Shown: positions 61,122 to 64,000 of the stretch, piece after piece | Layout: each line of letters begins with the position of its first letter | How positions within the stretch are numbered: position 1 is the first letter of the stretch | NCBI GenBank assembly: GCA_963719225.1 | Contig: CAVRAY010000001.1 | Coordinates: forward strand, 2,848,001-2,912,000 | From: Thermoanaerobaculia bacterium | Lineage (GTDB): Bacteria > Acidobacteriota > Thermoanaerobaculia > UBA5066 | Reading direction: 5' to 3' | Length of the DNA stretch: 64,000 nt | Program-made: the position numbers and the translations under genes | Notes under the pieces: model-generated | Database searches by the model: none | What the model was told of the DNA's origin: nothing | The model's input: the letters and a program-made list of their open reading frames with translations, nothing else

Positions 61122-62756
61122 GTGATCGCACTCTCCGAAATCAACAAGCAGTACGGCCGCCAGGTCCTCTTCGTCGACGCCTCCTTTCAGCTCAACGCCG
61201 GCGAGAAGACCGGCCTCGTCGGCCCGAACGGCTCCGGCAAGACGACGATCTTCCGCCTCATCACGGGCGAGGAGCACGCCGACGACGGGGACGTCTCCGT
61301 GCCGAAGAAGCTCTCGATCGGTTACTTCAAGCAGGAGATCGACGAGATGGAAGGTTGGCCCGTTCTGGACGAGGCGATCGCGGGCAGCGGCCGCCTCGGC
61401 GACCTCCATCACGAGCTCATCGGGCTCGAGCACGCGCTCGCGGACCCGGAACGCGCGGCCGAGGCAGAGCACCTCCTGGCGCGGTTCGGCGACGTGCAGT
61501 CCGAGTACCAGACGCTCGGCGGGTACGAGCTGGAGGCGCGTGCCCGCGAGGTCCTCCACGGGCTCGGTTTCGACGACGCGCGCGTCGACGGGGACGTCGG
61601 AGAGCTTTCCGGCGGCTGGAAGATGCGCGTCGCGATGGCGAAGGTGCTCCTCGGCAGACCCGACGTTCTCCTCATGGACGAGCCCACGAACCACCTCGAC
61701 ATCGAATCCATCATCTGGCTCGAGGAGTACCTCGCGGGCTTTCCGGGCTCTCTCCTCATGACCTGCCACGACCGGGACTTCATGAACCGCGTGGTCACGA
61801 AAGTCGTCGAGATCGACGCCGGAGAGCTCGTGACGTACTCGGGGAACTACGACTTCTACGAGCGGGAGAGGACCCTGCGAGACGCGCAGCGGGAAGCCGC
61901 CTTCGCCCGGCAGCAGGCGATGCTCGCGAAAGAACAGCGCTTCATCGAGCGCTTCCAGACGCATGCCGCGAAGGCCGCCCAGGTCCAGAGCCGGGTCAAG
62001 AAGCTCGAGAAGATCGAGACGATCGAGCTCCCGAAAAAGCGCGCCGTCGTGCGTTTCGACTTCAAGCCGCCGCCGCGCTCCGGCGACGACGTGGCGATCC
62101 TCGAGAAGATCTCGAAGGCCTACGGGACGAGACGCCTCTACACCGGGTTCGATTTCCTGGTCCGGCGCGGCGAGCGCTGGTGCGTCATGGGCGTGAACGG
62201 CGCCGGGAAGACGACGCTCCTGAAGATGGTCGCGGGGGTCCTCCCTCCCGACGGCGGCACGGTACGGCTCGGCGCGAGCGTGAGGCTCGGCTATTTCTCG
62301 CAGCAAGCCCTCGATCTCCTCGACCCCGGGCTGACCGTCCTCGAGCAGGTCCAGAAGGACTTCCCCGCGGCCGGTCTCGGCGTATTGCGCGCGCTCGTCG
62401 GCGCGTTCCAGTTTTCCGGCGACGACGTGGACAAGAAGGTCCGCTTCCTGTCCGGAGGCGAGAAGTCGCGCCTCGTGATGGCGCGGATGCTCTTCGATCC
62501 TCCGAATTTCCTCGTTCTCGACGAGCCCACGAACCATCTCGACCTCGCCACGAAGGAAATGCTCGTCGTGGCTCTCTCGAAGTTCGACGGGACGATGCTC
62601 TTCGTCTCGCACGACCGCACGTTCCTGCGCGGCCTCGCGAACCGTGTCCTCGAGCTGACCGGCGAGGACGGCACGGCCGCGCCGCACGCGTACGGAGGGT
62701 CCTACGTGGAGTGGGTGGCGCGCACCGGCCACGAGGCTCCCGGCGTGCACGCATAA
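61122..62756 (+). CDS. ABC-F family ATP-binding protein
   Basis: Two NBDs (GPNGSGKT, LSGGW, DEPTNHLD; GVNGAGKT, LSGGE); no TM segments. Confidence 0.95.
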   Translation: MIALSEINKQYGRQVLFVDASFQLNAGEKTGLVGPNGSGKTTIFRLITGEEHADDGDVSVPKKLSIGYFKQEIDEMEGWPVLDEAIAGSGRLGDLHHELIGLEHALADPERAAEAEHLLARFGDVQSEYQTLGGYELEARAREVLHGLGFDDARVDGDVGELSGGWKMRVAMAKVLLGRPDVLLMDEPTNHLDIESIIWLEEYLAGFPGSLLMTCHDRDFMNRVVTKVVEIDAGELVTYSGNYDFYERERTLRDAQREAAFARQQAMLAKEQRFIERFQTHAAKAAQVQSRVKKLEKIETIELPKKRAVVRFDFKPPPRSGDDVAILEKISKAYGTRRLYTGFDFLVRRGERWCVMGVNGAGKTTLLKMVAGVLPPDGGTVRLGASVRLGYFSQQALDLLDPGLTVLEQVQKDFPAAGLGVLRALVGAFQFSGDDVDKKVRFLSGGEKSRLVMARMLFDPPNFLVLDEPTNHLDLATKEMLVVALSKFDGTMLFVSHDRTFLRGLANRVLELTGEDGTAAPHAYGGSYVEWVARTGHEAPGVHA

Positions 62757-62764
62757 TCGGCCGA

Positions 62765-64000
62765 ATGTCGCGCGCGCGGTTCGCGGCGGCCCTCGCCGCC
62801 GTCGTCCTTCTCGCTTTGCTGGGAGGCGAACGCGCGCGGTTCTCTCTCTGGACGACCTCGGACGAGCCTGCGCACCTCGCGGCCGCGCGCGAGTGGCGTT
62901 ACGGGCCCGGCATGGTCTCGAACTTCGAGCACCCGGTCCTCATGAAGGTCCTCGCGGGAGTCTTCCTCCCGCGCGAGGTCCCCGCCATGGAGATCGACGA
63001 GACGCGCACCGGCCGCACGCCCATGCCCTTCGTGTTCGCCGGCCTCGCCCTCGTCAGCGGCCTTTTCGCGCGCGCCCTCGCGGGAGACCTCGCGGGCATC
63101 GCCGCCGCCGCGCTCGTCGCCGTCGAGCCCACGCTGCGCGGCCACGGCGCCCTCGTCCAGAGCGACGCCCTCGTGACGTTCTTTCTGGTGGCGGCGGCGC
63201 TCGCGCTGGAATACGCGGCGCGCGGCGCGCGCCGCGAACGCGAGGCGAGAACGTGGCTCGTGGCGAGCGGCTTCCTCTACGGCTTCGCGATGGCGTCGAA
63301 ATATTCTGCTTTCCCGTTCCTCGCGGTGTTTGCTGCGATTGCTGCCTTTCGGCTCGCATCAGGCAGTTTTTCTTTGAACGTACGCCCCAGCCCTCTTCAC
63401 CTTCTAAGAAATTCTCTTCGTGCTCTCCCTTCGGTCCTTCTCTTTTTTGTAATTCCCGCCCTCGTGACCCTCTTTCTCATCCAATTCCTCACATTCTTCG
63501 GCACGAGTGATACCGCGTTTCGCGCGGGAATCGCGCACGAGTTCTCCGGCCTCCCGCAGGAGCGCGCCGTGGTCGCGCTGGCGCGCACGTTCCCGAAGTC
63601 GATCGCGGCGTACGGCGCGGGACTGCTCTTCGTGCAGGGCGTCGCAGGCCCCGGCGAACGCTTCAACTACTTCTTCGGTGAGATCTCGGGCCGGGGACAT
63701 GCGCTCTATTTCCCCGTCGCCCTGGGAATCAAGCTCACGACGGCGAGCGTCCTTCTCGTCCTCGCGGCGCTCGTCGCTGCGGTCGTTCTCGCCGCCCGGG
63801 GTTCGCGCTTCCGGAGCCTTCTCGCCGCACGCACGTCTCTTCCGGCCGTGCTCGGCGGAGCCTATCTCCTCGCGGCGTGCGCCTCGAACGTGAACATCGG
63901 CGTCCGCCACGCATTACCCGTGGTCCCGTTCGCGATCGTCGCCGCGGTCGGGACCCTTCGGACGCTCGTTCTCCGGCGCCGGACGCTCGCGCTCGCGCTC
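62765..64000 (+). CDS. GT39/ArnT-like GT-C glycosyltransferase (partial, runs off the window)
   Basis: Translated by hand: TSDEPAH, NFEHPVLMK, many TM segments; no stop in the stretches read, including the AT-rich patch at 63.3-63.5 kb. Confidence 0.8.
   Translation, partial: MSRARFAAALAAVVLLALLGGERARFSLWTTSDEPAHLAAAREWRYGPGMVSNFEHPVLMKVLAGVFLPREVPAMEIDETRTGRTPMPFVFAGLALVSGLFARALAGDLAGIAAAALVAVEPTLRGHGALVQSDALVTFFLVAAALALEYAARGARREREARTWLVASGFLYGFAMASKYSAFPFLAVFAAIAAFRLASGSFSLNVRPSPLHLLRNSLRALPSVLLFFVIPALVTLFLIQFLTFFGTSDTAFRAGIAHEFSGLPQERAVVALARTFPKSIAAYGAGLLFVQGVAGPGERFNYFFGEISGRGHALYFPVALGIKLTTASVLLVLAALVAAVVLAARGSRFRSLLAARTSLPAVLGGAYLLAACASNVNIGVRHALPVVPFAIVAAVGTLRTLVLRRRTLALAL
63366..63419. 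repeat. Dispersed motif copy with a degenerate inverted partner inside the GT-C gene
   Basis: TTTTTCTTTGAACGT (about 63367) and TTCACCTTCTAAGAAATTCTCTTC (63396-63419). Confidence 0.8.

Overview
A 64-kb, very GC-rich (roughly 70% by eye), gene-dense window from a diderm bacterium. Gene content and secreted-protein motifs suggest Acidobacteriota, probably Thermoanaerobaculia-like (inference). Most of it is housekeeping: moxR-DUF58-tgpA, manC, murB, pgpA, recA, purH, lolA, yajQ, a polyprenyl synthase, kdsB-pyrG/kdsA/kdsD-kdsC, nrdR-hsp20-lon-thiL, aroA, lpxH-like, rpiB and an ABC-F. It also carries a 2-oxoacid:ferredoxin oxidoreductase plus ADP-forming acyl-CoA synthetase operon, a GntR/YtrA ABC operon, several GT-C glycosyltransferases, a giant sigma54 activator and a small TA-like pair. 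I found no rRNA, tRNA, CRISPR array, transposase or integrase. Three signals are not explained by the annotation. (1) An AT-rich dispersed motif, core TTCTWAGAA and consensus about RGATTTCTTAGAARGTGA, occurs as 9 exact-core and about 12 degenerate copies. Many lie inside genes in different reading frames, and many form head-to-head pairs. It is a candidate uptake-signal or chromosome-organisation site. (2) At 28.06-28.68 kb, pieces of three genes are interleaved by adjacent micro-inversions. (3) TANNNT hexamers sit 5-9 nt before many start codons, suggesting widespread leaderless mRNAs. Family names come from motif recognition and memory, not database searches.
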